This document shows, piece after piece, positions 26,719 to 39,590 of a DNA stretch of 64,000 nt. The stretch covers positions 20,894,001 to 20,958,000 of the forward strand of contig OX597818.1 in the NCBI GenBank assembly GCA_951406725.2, in the 5' to 3' direction. This stretch comes from Octopus vulgaris. Taxonomy: Eukaryota. Both the position numbers and the translations under genes were made by a program. The notes under the pieces were generated by a model. It saw only the letters and a list, made by a program, of their open reading frames with translations. It had not been told where the DNA came from and searched no databases. Position 1 is the first letter of the stretch, and every line of letters starts with the position of its first letter.

Positions 26719-27209
26719 ATATGTATATATATCATCATCATCATTTAACATCCGTTGTCCATACTGGCATGGGTTGGATGGTTTGACCAGAGCTGGCAAG
26801 CTGGGGAGCTGCACCAGACTCCAGTCTGATTTGGCTTGGTTTGTATGGCTGGATGCCCTTCCTAATGCTAAACACTTTACAGAGTGTGCTGAGTGTTTTT
26901 ACGTGACACCTCACAGGCACTTTTACATTGTGCCACGTGGGTATTGATACATGACACCACACAGGTGCGTTTAGATGACTCCACACAGGCACTTTTACAA
27001 GTTGCTGCACAGGCACTTTTACATGGCACCTGCACAGGCATTTTTAGGTGGATCCACCACAAGTGCTTTACACCACCAGAAGGATCGGTCTCAACACTTC
27101 TACTGTGGAGTATATACACACACACACATAATCACATTTATTTACAGATATATATACGTTTATGCATATACTTGTTGTTTTATGTTCGTTGATATGTGAC
27201 TGAACATGT

Positions 27210-27248
<39 letters not shown>

Positions 27249-27249
27249 T

Positions 27250-27336
<87 letters not shown>

Positions 27337-27365
27337 CATATCTATATGGGCATGAGTGTGACATA

Positions 27366-27570
27366 TAGTAATCCCTCGACTATCGTGGGTGTTACATTCC
27401 AAAACCTCCCACGGAAATAATTAAAATCTAAAAAATATAAATATCTATTGGCCACAGAAACACACGATATACTGAGGAGTCCATGATATGAATTTACATA
27501 TGGTAGCCAGAAAAATCTGCAATGTACTGAGTGCGCGATAGGTGAACCACGATATGGCAAGGGATTACTG
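27366..27570. mobile_element. Tigger-like MITE
   Basis: tagtaatccctcgactatcg ... cgatatggcaagggattactg|ta. Confidence 0.75.
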
Positions 27571-27614
27571 TACACTCATTCGTCCACTCATACATGCATG
27601 CATATAAGTATAGA

Positions 27615-28246
27615 TATTGATTTCAAATTTTGACACAAGGCCAGCAACTTTAGGAAAATGAGATAAGTCTATTACATTGACCCTAGTACTCAACTGGTAC
27701 TTATTTTTACAACCCTGAAAGTATGAAAGGCAAAGTTGACCCTGGTGGCATTTGAACTCAGAATATAGAGATGGATGCAATGCTGCTAAGCAATTTGCAC
27801 AACGTGCTAACGATTCTTTTCTACTCTAGGGACAAGGCCCAAAATTTTGGGGGAGTGAGCCAGTCGTTTAGATTGCTCCCAGTGCACAAATGGTACTTAT
27901 TTTATCGACCCCGAAAGGATGAAAGACAAAGTCAACCTCGGCGGAATTTGAACTCAGAATGTCAAGACATACGAAATGCCGCTAAGCATTTTGCCTGGTG
28001 TGCTAACGTTTCTTATTTCTTTATTGCTCACAAGGGGCTAAACATAGAGAGGACAAACAAGGACAGACAAAGGAATTAAATCGATTACATCAACCCCAGT
28101 GCGTAACTAGTACTTAATTTATCGACCTCAAAAGGATGAAAGGCAAAGTCGACCTTGGCGGAATTTGAACTCAGAACGTAATGGCAGACGAAATACTGCT
28201 AAGTATTTTGCCCGGCGTGTTAACATTTCTGCCAGTTCACCACCTT
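27615..28246 (-). mobile_element. Chain of three SINE units with three tail types
   Basis: Units joined at gctaacg(a/t)tt|ctt. Confidence 0.82.
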
Positions 28247-28566
28247 TATGAGTGTAAATATTAACAATATTTTTATATATAAATATTTTCCTCTCTCGTG
28301 TTGTTTGCTCTGTCATTCCAGCAAGGAAAGAGAAAAAAAGATTACTGCACTACAGTTTAAGATCTACTTCTTATTACCCTAAGACTTTATGATGAGTCAT
28401 TATTTAATTAGACCTAATAAAAATTATGTTCGATCATTTGGTTATTCATCTACTTTTGTTAGTTTGTTTCTGGTAACACAGGAGAATACACAGACACAGA
28501 CACACATACACACACACACACACATGCACACACAATCATATACATATTTGTGATGATATATAAATG

Positions 28567-28624
<58 letters not shown>

Positions 28625-28627
<3 letters not shown>

Positions 28628-28987
28628 AAAAGCACCATTCAGGCGTGATTGTTACCAGCGTCACCTTACTGCCATGGGAAAAAACATTCGATTGAGGTTG
28701 CCACTGCTGCTGGACTGGCTCCTGTGCAGGTGGCACGTAAAAAACACTATTTGAGCGCAGCCGTTGCCAGTACTGCCTGACTGGCCCTCGTGTCGGTGGC
28801 ACGTAAAAGCACCCACTACACACTCAGAGTGGTTGGCATTAGGAAGGGCATCCAGCTGTAGAAACTCTGCCAGATCAAGATTGGAGCCTGGTGCAGCCAT
28901 CTTGTTCGCCAGTCCTCAGTCAAATCATCCAACCCATGCTAGCATGGAATGTAGACGTTAAACGATGATGATGATGATAATGATGAT
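28625..28987 (+). mobile_element. RTE 3'UTR fragment
   Basis: Same 3'UTR and (GAT)n tail. Confidence 0.8.
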
Positions 28988-29180
28988 ATATATATATACA
29001 CACACACATATACACACACACACTTGCACTCACACTATCATATACATATCATCATCATCATCATCATCGTCATCATCATTTAACATCTACTCTTCATGCT
29101 GGTATATGTATGAATGTATGTGTATATATAAGAAATTGGGATGACAAAGGAATAAACGATTATGTTATGAACTTCCATTG

Positions 29181-29259
29181 GCTTACAGCTGTTTCTGCTA
29201 TAAGGTGCAATGGACTCATAGATCAATGCTTGAGTATCACAATATAGCTTCATCAGAGC
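29181..29259 (-). ncRNA. Minimal type I hammerhead-like motif
   Basis: Minus: gcu-CUGAUGA-a-gcuaua...uauagc-a-GAAA-CAGCUG-UA-agc. Confidence 0.62.
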
Positions 29260-29914
29260 TTCAAACACTTATACACTATATATATATATATGTATATATA
29301 ATCCATATTCAATTAATAAAAGAGGTCTATATGTAATCTTTTATTGTTTATCTTTTTCTCTGATGATATTTTGTTTATATCTTATAAATGCAAATGAAAA
29401 TTTAAGCATAATTTAATGAACACAAATGGAAACAGCTATAAGAAGTAAGAATTAGCAATTTATTAATAAATAACTATCAACTTTCAACTTCTCATTTTTC
29501 TTCTATTAATTGAATACAGATTACATACATAATATATACCTATTGATTTAGGGAAATTTATATTTCTCAAAAATATTAGGTACAGAACCAATGTTTTCTT
29601 GGATGTAATCATCCCTTTAAGAGGTTAATATATCTTCTAATCAACTACATGTATATATATTATATTTATATTTATATTTATACTTATATTTATATTTACT
29701 TGTATTTATATTCTCTTTTTATATATATTCTACTTATTATACAACATTACTCTTTTATGTACACTTTTTTATGTACATTCCTTTATGTACACTGATTTGT
29801 TCTGCTTTTTATATTTAACCCTACAGTCTCTTATGTGGTGGTTTAATAAAGTATTATCTGGTAATTGATATTTGATTTAGATGTATTTCTCCATTTTCTT
29901 ATCTTGTATGTATG

Positions 29915-29960
<46 letters not shown>

Positions 29961-30686
29961 TGTCTGTGTTTGCCTTTCAAGTGCTGTGTTTTTACTGAGA
30001 TCTCCCTTTTAGTAGAAAGAATAGCTATAACTCTTTGACTGCTATTTCTAAATTCGGTGTGTGGTGAGGCAAATCGTTGCTAAACCCTTAATTACTTAGT
30101 ATATATATATATATATATACACACATATATAATCACCATCATCATCTTTAACTATCTACTATGCTGGCATGGACTAGACAGCTTAACACGATCTGACTAG
30201 TTTGAAAACTACTTCATATCTGCTTTGGCATGGCTTCTACAGCTGAAGATCCTTCCTAACACCAACCACTGGGTACTTTTTTCATCACATCAGCCCTAGT
30301 ATCTGGTTATGGAAAATATTACCTTGCTTGGAAACAGGTGATGGTTGGCTGGCGACAAGAAAGGTATCCTGCAAAAGAAAATTTATTTTAACTAAATCTC
30401 TCCAACCCAAATGGGTACGCAAAAGTGAACATTAGATTGATGACAATGACAAGGTGTAATTAAAGAAGAATTAGCTGTTATTTCTAAAGCAAAAAGATCA
30501 AGTGGCCAGAGAGAGGTTGCATTATTGTTTCACGCTATAAGTTATTATTTTGTTGTAGTACCTGGGTATCTATTTACACCTAAGCCCTTTTCTTCATCAA
30601 AAGTTGAAAGATGAAAATATTGGTATCATAGCAACAATAGCATTACACTATACTTCTGTATGTCTTTTCTATACATTATTCCTGTA

Positions 30687-31090
30687 GAGCAGGAGTGGCT
30701 GTGTGGTAAGTAGCTTGCTTATGAACCACATGGTTCCAGGTTCAGTCCCACTGTGTGGCACCTTGGGCAAGTGTCTTCTACTATAGCCTCGGGCCAACCA
30801 AAGCTTGTGAGTGCATTTGGTAGACGGAAACTAAAAGAAGCCCATCGTATATATGTATGTGTGTGTGTGTGTGTATGATTGTGTGTCTGTGTTTGTTCCC
30901 CCAACATCGCTTAACAACCGATGCTGGTGTGTTTACATCCCCGTAACTTCATTTGTGTTCAGCAAAAGAGACTGATAGAATAAGTACTAGGCTTACAAAG
31001 AATAAGTCCTGGGGTCGATTTGCTCAGCTAAAGGCGGTATGGCCACAGTCAAATGACTGAAACAAATGAAAGAGTAAAAGAGTAAAAGAA
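30687..31090 (+). mobile_element. SINE, third family
   Basis: Same head, core and tail. Confidence 0.85.
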
Positions 31091-31164
31091 CACCCTCCTT
31101 CATCATTTGGAGGACCTCGTTTGGTGAAGCTGCAGAATCTGGGTACTCTGAATGGTCTGCTATT

Positions 31165-32200
31165 GTGTTGTGGTACTTACAGCTAGATAGTCTATATATC
31201 ACTGAGGTACCTACTTACAGCTTAGAAGATAGCACTTCACAGCTACAGCTACCTAGATCAAAGTATATTATACTTTAATGTGATACTTATGTACTACTAG
31301 GTGAAGTATACCTCAGTGTGGTACCTTCTTAGAAACCAGTTCACTGTAATTTATTGTGGTAAATACTTAAAGGGAAATGAAACGTACCTTAGTGTGGTGG
31401 CTTCTTAGAACTCAATACATTGTACCTACTAAGAGCCATATATATTTCCACACCATTACACAACATAAGACTAATTCACTCCTACATTACACTCTACTAT
31501 ATAACACTTCACCATATTTCACTACTCTCTTAACCTTTTAGCATTTCAACCGATCATATTCAACCAAAATATTCTACAACTTTTATGTGCAAATCAACCC
31601 TACAATATCATTCTAAAAATTAACAGTAACCACATCAAAATCTCCAAGCTACAAAATAGTACATGATTAATTCAAAACAATGTGAATTAATAAGCACTAT
31701 TTTTGACAGAGTAATCTGAATGCTAAATGGTTATGTATACCTCACTTTGGTACTTATGTATAATTTGCTGTACTGTATCTCACCCTGGGACCTATATACA
31801 GCTAGGCAGACTGTATTTTTACTGTAATACCTACTTACAGCCATGTGAACTGTATATCATTGCATCAACGTTGTATCTGCTTAGAGTTTGGAATAATGAA
31901 TGTCACTGATATACCTACTATACAACTAGGTAGATTGTACTATGGTGTGGTACCTATATACAGTTAGGCAGACTGTAATTTTACTGTGATATCTACTTAC
32001 AACCATGTGGACTGTATATCATTGCATCAATGTTGTATCTGCTTTGAGTTTAGAATAATGAATGTCACAGATATACCTACATATAACTAGGTGGATTGTA
32101 CCATGGTATGTTATCTACATACAACAAGGGGAGCTATGCCACACTGTGGTACCAGCTTACAGCTAAGTGGAACGTGCCTTAGTATGGTACCTACTTAGAG
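31165..32200. repeat. Degenerate minisatellite (gtggtacctacttacagctag motif) with ~160-bp higher-order duplication
   Basis: ~31790-31950 is repeated at ~31951-32110; a MITE interrupts the array. Confidence 0.7.
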
Positions 32201-32204
32201 CTAG

Positions 32205-32596
32205 GAGGCGCAATGGCCCAGTGGTTAGGGCAGCGGACTCGCGGTCATAGGATTGCGGTTTCGATTCCCAGACCGGGCGTTGTGAGTGTTTATTGAGCGA
32301 AAACACCTAAAAGCTCCACGAGGCTCTGGCAGGGGATGGTGGTGATCCCTGCTGTACTCTTTCACCAAAACTTTCTCTCACTCTTACTTCCTGTTTCTGT
32401 TGTACCTGTATTTCAAAGGGGCCGGCCTTGTCACTCTCTGTGTCACGCTGAATATCCCCGAGAACTACGTTAAGGGTGCACGTGTCTGTGGAGAGCTCAG
32501 CCACTTACACGTTAATTTCATGAGCAGGCTGTTCCGTTGATCGGATCAACCGGAACTCTCGTCGTCGTGACCGACGGAGTGCTTCCAACCAACCAG
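32205..32596 (+). mobile_element. Young tRNA-derived SINE (second family) with 11-bp TSD cttagagctag
   Basis: A-box tggcccagtgg, B-box ggtttcgattcc; relatives at ~2438, ~8842, ~35972. Confidence 0.88.
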
Positions 32597-33208
32597 CTTA
32601 GAGCTAGTTAAACTCAACTGTTCAAAGTTCATTTTATTGGTCAGAGACAGAACAGTGTGGTGATGATAGGATGCAAGCTACTAATTTATTTAATTGGGGG
32701 ATCCTCTCAATTAAATCAACCAACCACATTCTCCATGTTAGTATCAAAATTATCAACAAACCAACTAGAGGATATCAAGGAGTTTGCTTGAAATACTAAA
32801 CACAGCAGCCAAATCTCCCTCAAATCATTCAGTACTGCCTTAAAAAAAAAAGAGAAGAAATGATTGGATAATGTTATTCCTGATATACAAAGACAGGTTG
32901 GTTATAGCTATTCTGCCAAGGTCAACTTTGCCTTTCATCCTTTCAGGGTCGATAAATTAAGTACCAGTTATGCACTGGGGTCGATATAATCGACTTAATC
33001 CGTTTGTCTGTCCTTGTTTGTCCCCTCTGTGTTTAGCCCCCTGTGGGTAGTAAAGAAATAGGTTATAGCTGGAATGATTTTACTGATAGGCTTGCTTGAT
33101 CAGGGTTGCCCTGGGGTTATGCAACAATGACAGCTAAAACCCGTTTCATCCCACCTCATCCACCCAACCAGGAACTATGCTATTAGCAACACCATACTTG
33201 TATATGTT

Positions 33209-33222
33209 GTTACCAAGGTAAC
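33209..33222. promoter_or_regulatory. Palindromic RFX X-box-like motif GTTACCAAGGTAAC
   Basis: Close match to GTTRCCATGGYAAC, upstream of a ciliary-family gene; half sites nearby (gttgcc ~33105, tagcaac ~33184). Confidence 0.4.
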
Positions 33223-33539
33223 ACAACACAAGTTTTATTTTTTATTTTTTTTTATTTTTGTCTTTCCTGATAAGTTATCCATTTGTAGTTGGTTTCAATT
33301 TTACAGTCAATCAATCAACACACACAACACATATGTATGTGTATGTATATGCAGAGGTGCATGTGTATGTATGTATGTATGTATGTATGTATGTATGTAT
33401 GTATGTATGCATATATGTACACACACACATATACATACCTATAATACATATGTGTATATACATATACATTATCAATCTTTTCTTCTCCACCTCTTTTTCC
33501 TCTTTCTTCTTTTCCCCCTTTTTTTCCTTCTTCTTCCAG

Positions 33540-33602
33540 TGACCACAATTGAGATCTGTCACACAACACAGAGCCAGCAATCTCTGTCACCCATTAGCTA
33601 TG
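33540..33602 (+). other. Candidate 5' exon ending in ATG
   Basis: Very strong polypyrimidine tract plus cag at 33537-33539. 63 nt ending ATG|gtagat, which could join the 34623 acceptor (M|DLPNKL). The donor is weak. Confidence 0.3.
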
Positions 33603-33787
33603 GTAGATCTTTAATTTCATGTTGTATGTCTCCGTTAATAATGTCAATGTAAAGTGTGTGACAGCAATGTTGCATAAAAAATTTTGATCTTATTCAATGA
33701 TAGTTTTCAGTAAATTTCGCATTGCATGTACAAAGTATTTTTGAAAAAAGATAAAAAATTTATTTACCATGTGATATTATACATACA

Positions 33788-33822
<35 letters not shown>

Positions 33823-33823
<1 letters not shown>

Positions 33824-34247
33824 TCATCATCATCATCATCATCATTGTTTAACGTCCGTTTTCCATGCTAGCATGGGTTGGACGGTTCGACTGAGGTCTG
33901 AGAAGCCAGAAGGCTACGCTAGGCTCCAGTCTGATCTGGCAGTGTTTCTACAGCTGGATGCCCTTCCTAACACCAACCACTCCGAGAGTGTAGAGGGTGC
34001 TTCTTACTTGCCACCTGCACAGGTGCCAGGCGAGGCTGTCAAATGGCCACAATCGGTTGGTGCTTTTTACGTGTCACCAACACGGACGCCAGTCAGGTGG
34101 CACTGGCATCAGCCACATTCAGATGGTGCTTTTTACATACGACCGGTACGGGTATCATAACTACAATTTCCATTTGATTTTTATTTTGATGTTGATGTTG
34201 ATGTACATGACTCAATAGGTCTCCTAAAGCACAGCAGGTCGCCGCCA
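33823..34247 (-). mobile_element. RTE 3'UTR fragment
   Basis: (CAT)n then gtttaacgtccgttttccatgctagc...ctggatgcccttcctaac. Confidence 0.8.
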
Positions 34248-34612
34248 TGATATGATATATATACTCATCATGATGATGATGATATATATACTCCCTCCTT
34301 GCTATTAAAGGCACAAGCACTTTCACACACACATGCACACACAATGATTATTATCATAATTATGATAATGATGATGATGTTTACAATGATAATTATTATC
34401 CTTAATATGATGATGAGTAACTTATACTTTTTCTCTCACTCTTTCTCTTTCTCCCTCTCCCTCTCTCTCCCTCCCCTCCTCCTACTTCTGCCTCCATAAC
34501 CTCTACTACTACTACTGCTAATACTACTATTACCAACACTGCTGCCATCACCTTCACGACAACCACCACCAACTACTACCACTTCCACCACCATCACCAT
34601 CACATATGCAAG

Positions 34613-34868
34613 CTTTGATAAGGACCTGCCAAACAAGCTCCGTCTTGAGGAGAAGATCAAACTACACCACCTGGAGCAACTGATGCAACACTTCCAGTGC
34701 CATAAACCAGATGATATAATATTGCACAAGGACTGTGGTTACTTCACATCTTCCCAGGTGGAGAAACGTAAGCCAGGATGTATGAATCAGCAGGAATTCA
34801 ATGAAGCAATCGCCAAAGTTTTAGGAACTGAAGAATACCGAGACTACATTGAGAAACTATTTACTAAG
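34613..34868 (+). CDS. WDR49: WDR49-like exon (N-terminal EF-hand region); acceptor 34613 or 34623
   Basis: FDKDLPNKLRLEEKIKLHHLEQLMQHF...EYRDYIEKLFTK|gtatgc, phase-0 donor. Confidence 0.8.
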
Positions 34869-35034
34869 GTATGCTTGCTTATTTCCCCTTGTATTATTTT
34901 TACTCTATGTTTTTGTTCATTTTTTTCCCTTATCTTTTTGGGGATATTAACCCTTTAGCATTCAGATTATTATTCTGTCAAATCTAATGTATATTGATTC
35001 ACATTTTCCATCCTTATTGTGGTTTTTGTTTATG

Positions 35035-35071
<37 letters not shown>

Positions 35072-35145
35072 CATCATCATCATCATCATCGCCATCATCA
35101 TCATCATCTTCTTCATCTTCATCATCATCATCTTCATCATCATCG

Positions 35146-35213
<68 letters not shown>

Positions 35214-35254
35214 GTCATTGTCATCATCATCATCATCGTCATCATCATCATCAG

Positions 35255-35299
<45 letters not shown>

Positions 35300-35306
35300 T
35301 TTCATC

Positions 35307-35348
<42 letters not shown>

Positions 35349-35378
35349 GTCATCATCGTCGTCGTCGTCATCATCATC

Positions 35379-35415
<37 letters not shown>

Positions 35416-35539
35416 CCACCACCACCACCACCACCACCATCATCATCATCATTCTCATCACCATCATCATCATCATTCTCATTAGTATCATCATCATCAT
35501 TCTCATCACCACCACCACCATCATTATCATCATCATCAT
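35035..35539. repeat. ~500-bp imperfect (CAT)n/(CAC)n microsatellite
   Basis: Direct inspection. Confidence 0.97.
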
Positions 35540-37385
35540 TTAGAACTACTGGAATCCAATGTTTCAGAATAGTTGTATTCCTGAAAATCTTACCAAAATG
35601 TGAAGTTCTGTAACATGAAAAATATTTTCTTATTGGTTATCATATATCAAAGAAAAAATTAATTTTCATATTACGAAATTCCACTTTATAACAAGATTTT
35701 CAGTAACACAATGATTCTGTAACACTTGTATATTCATCAAATGTATTCTCTTTTTTAATTTTGACACTTTAGCATTTATACGAGCCATATCCTGTTCAAA
35801 TATTTATGTTTCTGTTTTATGTTCGAACAGGCCAGATCCAGCCTCTCAAACTTACCCTGCACTGTCATTCTAAAAATAAACACACCATCAAAATCTTCAA
35901 ACCACGAGATAATGCATACTTAATTCAAAACAATGTAATTAAATAAGCATTACTTTTGATAGAAGATGTAAAGGCACGTGGCTTAGTGGTTAGGGCATTC
36001 GGCTCACGATTGTAAGGTTGTGAGTTCAATTCCCAGCAACATGTTGTGTCCTTGAGCAAGACACTTTATTTCATGTTGCTCCAGTCCACTCAGCTGGCAA
36101 AAATGAGTAGTACCTGTATTTCAAAGGGCTGGCCTTGTCGCACTCTGTGTCACACTGAATCTCCCTGAGAACTACGTTAGGGGTACATGTGTCTGTGGAT
36201 TGCTCAGTCACTTGCTGTTCCGTTGATCGTATCAGCTGGGACCCTCGTCATCGTAACCAACAGAATGCTCGTTTTACTTTTGATAGAGTAACCTGAGTGC
36301 TAAAGGGTTAGTAGTGGTGCAGGTGTCGCTGTGTGGCAAGAGGTTTGCTTCCCATCCTTGTGGTCTGGAGTTCAATCCTACTGCGTGACATCTTGGGCAA
36401 GTGTCTTCTACAATCAACCCAGGTTTACCAAAGCTTTGTAAATAAAAGTAAGTAAGGTAAAGTTACTGTTTTGAGTCATACTGACTCATAAGGGCTACTT
36501 TCCTGGTTTCCATGCCGTATAAGTTCCCCACCTGGATGGGACGCCAATTTGTCACAGAATTACTCAGTTTTGCCAGTTAGGTGGACAAATGAAATGAAGT
36601 GTTTTGCTCAGGAACACAACATGTTGCCTAGTCCAGGAATCAAAACCACAACCTTACAGTAATTAGTTCAACACCCTAACCACTAAACCATGTGCCTCCA
36701 CCCTTGTGAGTGGATTTGGTAGGCAGAAACTGAAAGGTGGTGAGCTGCCAGAAACGTTAGCATGCCAGGCAAAATGCTTAGTGGTATTTCGTCTGCCATT
36801 ACGTTCTGAGTTCAAATTCCGCCGAGGTCGACTTTGCCTTTCATCCTTTCGGGGTCGATAAATTAAGTACCAGTTATGCACTGGGATCGATGTAATCGAC
36901 TTTATCTTCTTGTCTGTCCTTGTTTGTCCCTTCTATGTTTAGCCTCTTGTGGGCAATAAAGAAATAAGAAACTGAAAGAAGCCTGATATATAATGAGTGT
37001 GTGTGTGTGTGTGTGTGTGTTACTGCCTTCTTGCTTCGACTTCATGAGATAGCTGTAAATGTGTGTTACTATCATGCATGCAATATTCTTTGTTTTCAAT
37101 CTTCCATGAAAAACATGTCTGGTCATCAGGAATATTACTTTATGTGAAAACATATGAGGATTGGTAACAAGAAGGGCATCTGGCTGTTGAAAAATCAATT
37201 TAAAGAAAATTCCTTCCAATAGAAAAGTGGATGTTAACTGATGGCAATGCTGATGATGATATGTTAAATGTGATTTGTGTGAGCTGTAGCTGCTATTTCT
37301 GGTAAATCAACCAACCACATAGAAGCTTCTTTATTGGCTCTCTATACCTCTCACTCTCTCTTTCTGTCTGTCTGTTTGTCTCCAG

Positions 37386-37532
37386 CTGGACACCTCCTGC
37401 GATGGCTATGTGGACTGGAATGAGTTCTGTACCTACCTCCTCTTGCTCTACAGAGAAAATGACTACATTCGCACAAAGAAGGAAATACCATTTCTTCAGG
37501 AGCCAAAGATCAGACATGTAGTGCCAAATAGA
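37386..37532 (+). CDS. WDR49: WDR49-like exon (EF-hand loop)
   Basis: tccag|LDTSCDGYVDWNEFCTYLLLLYREND...HVVPNR|gtaagt; 147 nt, phase 0-0. Confidence 0.92.
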
Positions 37533-37688
37533 GTAAGTTATGATGTTGTTGTTATTGTTGCTGGTATTATTGTTGGTGATGTTACCCCTATAATTGCCTT
37601 TGTTATCTATCATTGTTGCTGTTGCTAGTGTTGCTATTGATGTTAATGTTGTTGACGTTGTTATTGTTGCTATTGTTGTTTATGTTAC

Positions 37689-37735
<47 letters not shown>

Positions 37736-37910
37736 GTCATATTGTTAAGGCAGTGAGCTTGTAAGAACTGTTGGCATGCTAGGCAAAATGCTTAACAGTA
37801 TTTCATCCATCTATCTTCACATTCTGAGTTCAAATTCCACTGAGCTCAACTTTGCCTTTCATCCTTTCAGGGTTGATAAAATAAGTACCAGTTGAGTACT
37901 GGGGTCAGTA

Positions 37911-38206
37911 CTCCCATGACTTTCGGAAACATTTTTTCATGCTAAGATTTGCTGAAGCATGGAACAGACTGCCGGCATCAGTTGTTAGTTGTCGGAGCAC
38001 TGCATCCTTCAAAACTTCCATGCTTCCTGAGATTCACCAACACTACACCTGATTTTCCCCCCTCCATACACACGAGAGCATGTATCTGACTCATACACTG
38101 TTCGCTTTCCAGACATTTGTACATTACTGCATATTCTTTATACGCACTTTTTGACAAGTTGTGGTGCACCTGAGCACTGTATACAATAATTTCATTATTA
38201 TTATTA
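37911..38206 (+). mobile_element. 3' fragment of the same CR1 family, inserted inside a SINE
   Basis: Closely similar to 24938-25218 including the ATT tail; the SINE resumes after it. Confidence 0.88.
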
Positions 38207-38427
38207 TTTTTATAATCAACTTACCCCCTCCCTTAAAAGTGTTGTCCTTGTGCCAAAATTTGAAATCAATAATTAGCATCAGGTTTTTCTTATTCTTCTC
38301 TGAGAGGTAAATTTCAGTTCATTAAGAGTGCTTTCCATACATTATTCAGTACATCAGTACTCACTTGAATTATATACATCCATGCCGTAGACCCATTTGA
38401 GATATTTTCTTTAGTACACTTTGTATA

Positions 38428-38650
38428 TAAGGTGGTATCAAAGTGTACCCAAACTAGTTCTGTAGCATGCCAACAGATGGCAGCACATGGTTGCATGTGC
38501 AGTGAGAGCTAACAGTGACCTTGTAAAATTTGTATTTTTTTTTAATCACATGTATGTTGCAGTCTGCAATTTTTGATATGGACAGGAAGTTCGAACGAAG
38601 AGCCAACACGAAATTTTGTGTTAGACTTGGGAAGTTTGCTGCAGAGACAA
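38428..38650 (+). mobile_element. Mariner 5' remnant
   Basis: MDRKFERRANTKFCVRLGKFAAET resembles a mariner transposase N-terminus. Confidence 0.65.
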
Positions 38651-38743
38651 AAATAAATCATCTGAAAGACTCCTTGGGCATTTTCAACTTCTTTTACATA
38701 CATGTATATATGTACACCTACACATATTCTATTTGTTTTGTAG

Positions 38744-38806
38744 CAAGAACCTACCACCAAGATATTGGTAACCGACAGTCCTTGTCGATATATTACAGTT
38801 AGCAAG
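38744..38806 (+). CDS. WDR49: WDR49-like exon
   Basis: tgtag|QEPTTKILVTDSPCRYITVSK|gtaagt; 63 nt, phase 0-0. Confidence 0.88.
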
Positions 38807-38879
38807 GTAAGTTGTATTTTACTCTTACAGTATAATCAATTTTTAGTTAGGCATCATTAAATTTTTTGTATCACCTAAT

Positions 38880-39267
38880 AAGTTAAGTTAAGTTAAGTTA
38901 AGTTAATTTTTTGGCTCAAAAAGCAAAAAGCAAGGCCATGTAGGGGGACATGGAGTTATGTACAGGGAGGATATTCATGCAAAGAGTTCAGGCCATTTCT
39001 GGTCAAGAGAGACTTTGAACCGAGCAGTCGTCGGTATCTTCACTATCTCGTCCGGCAGCTTATTCCACGGATCCACAACCCGGATGGAGAAAGCCCCTCT
39101 CCTTCGATTGAGATGAAATCATCGCAGATAGAGCTTTTCAGAATGACCCTGCAGCCGACGCTCTGGAGCAGGAGTGAAGAACAGCTCTTTCAAGAGGTTA
39201 CACTTTACGCTTATGATGTTGTGAGCGAGAATGAGATCACCACAGCATCGTCGTTTTTCTAGAGAAA
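38880..39267 (-). mobile_element. Second CR1-like LINE 3' fragment with (TTAAC)n tail
   Basis: Minus translation LEKRR..GDLI...RLQGHSEKL...AFSIRVVDPWNKLP. Confidence 0.8.
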
Positions 39268-39548
39268 GTGGGCAAAGAACTCTCTCCATGCTTGCATGAG
39301 TTGGACAAAGATATTACTTGAGACTTTGTTTCATAGCTGGATGCTGTTCTTGATGCTAACCCTTACATGCTTTTCTAGTGCAGGATCACTTCTTTAACGC
39401 AACTTCAAAAGCACAAAGTACCCAGATGATTTGTTGACAGACAAAACTGACAGCAACACTACCCTTTTGCACTGTCATACAAGTGATTACAGATGTAAGC
39501 AGGCATACAGATATACAAACATAGAAATATGCACACACACACACACAC

Positions 39549-39590
<42 letters not shown>

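Noticed and set aside
32205-32280. tRNA gene
   Set aside because: It is a tRNA-derived SINE head continuing into a SINE body with TSD
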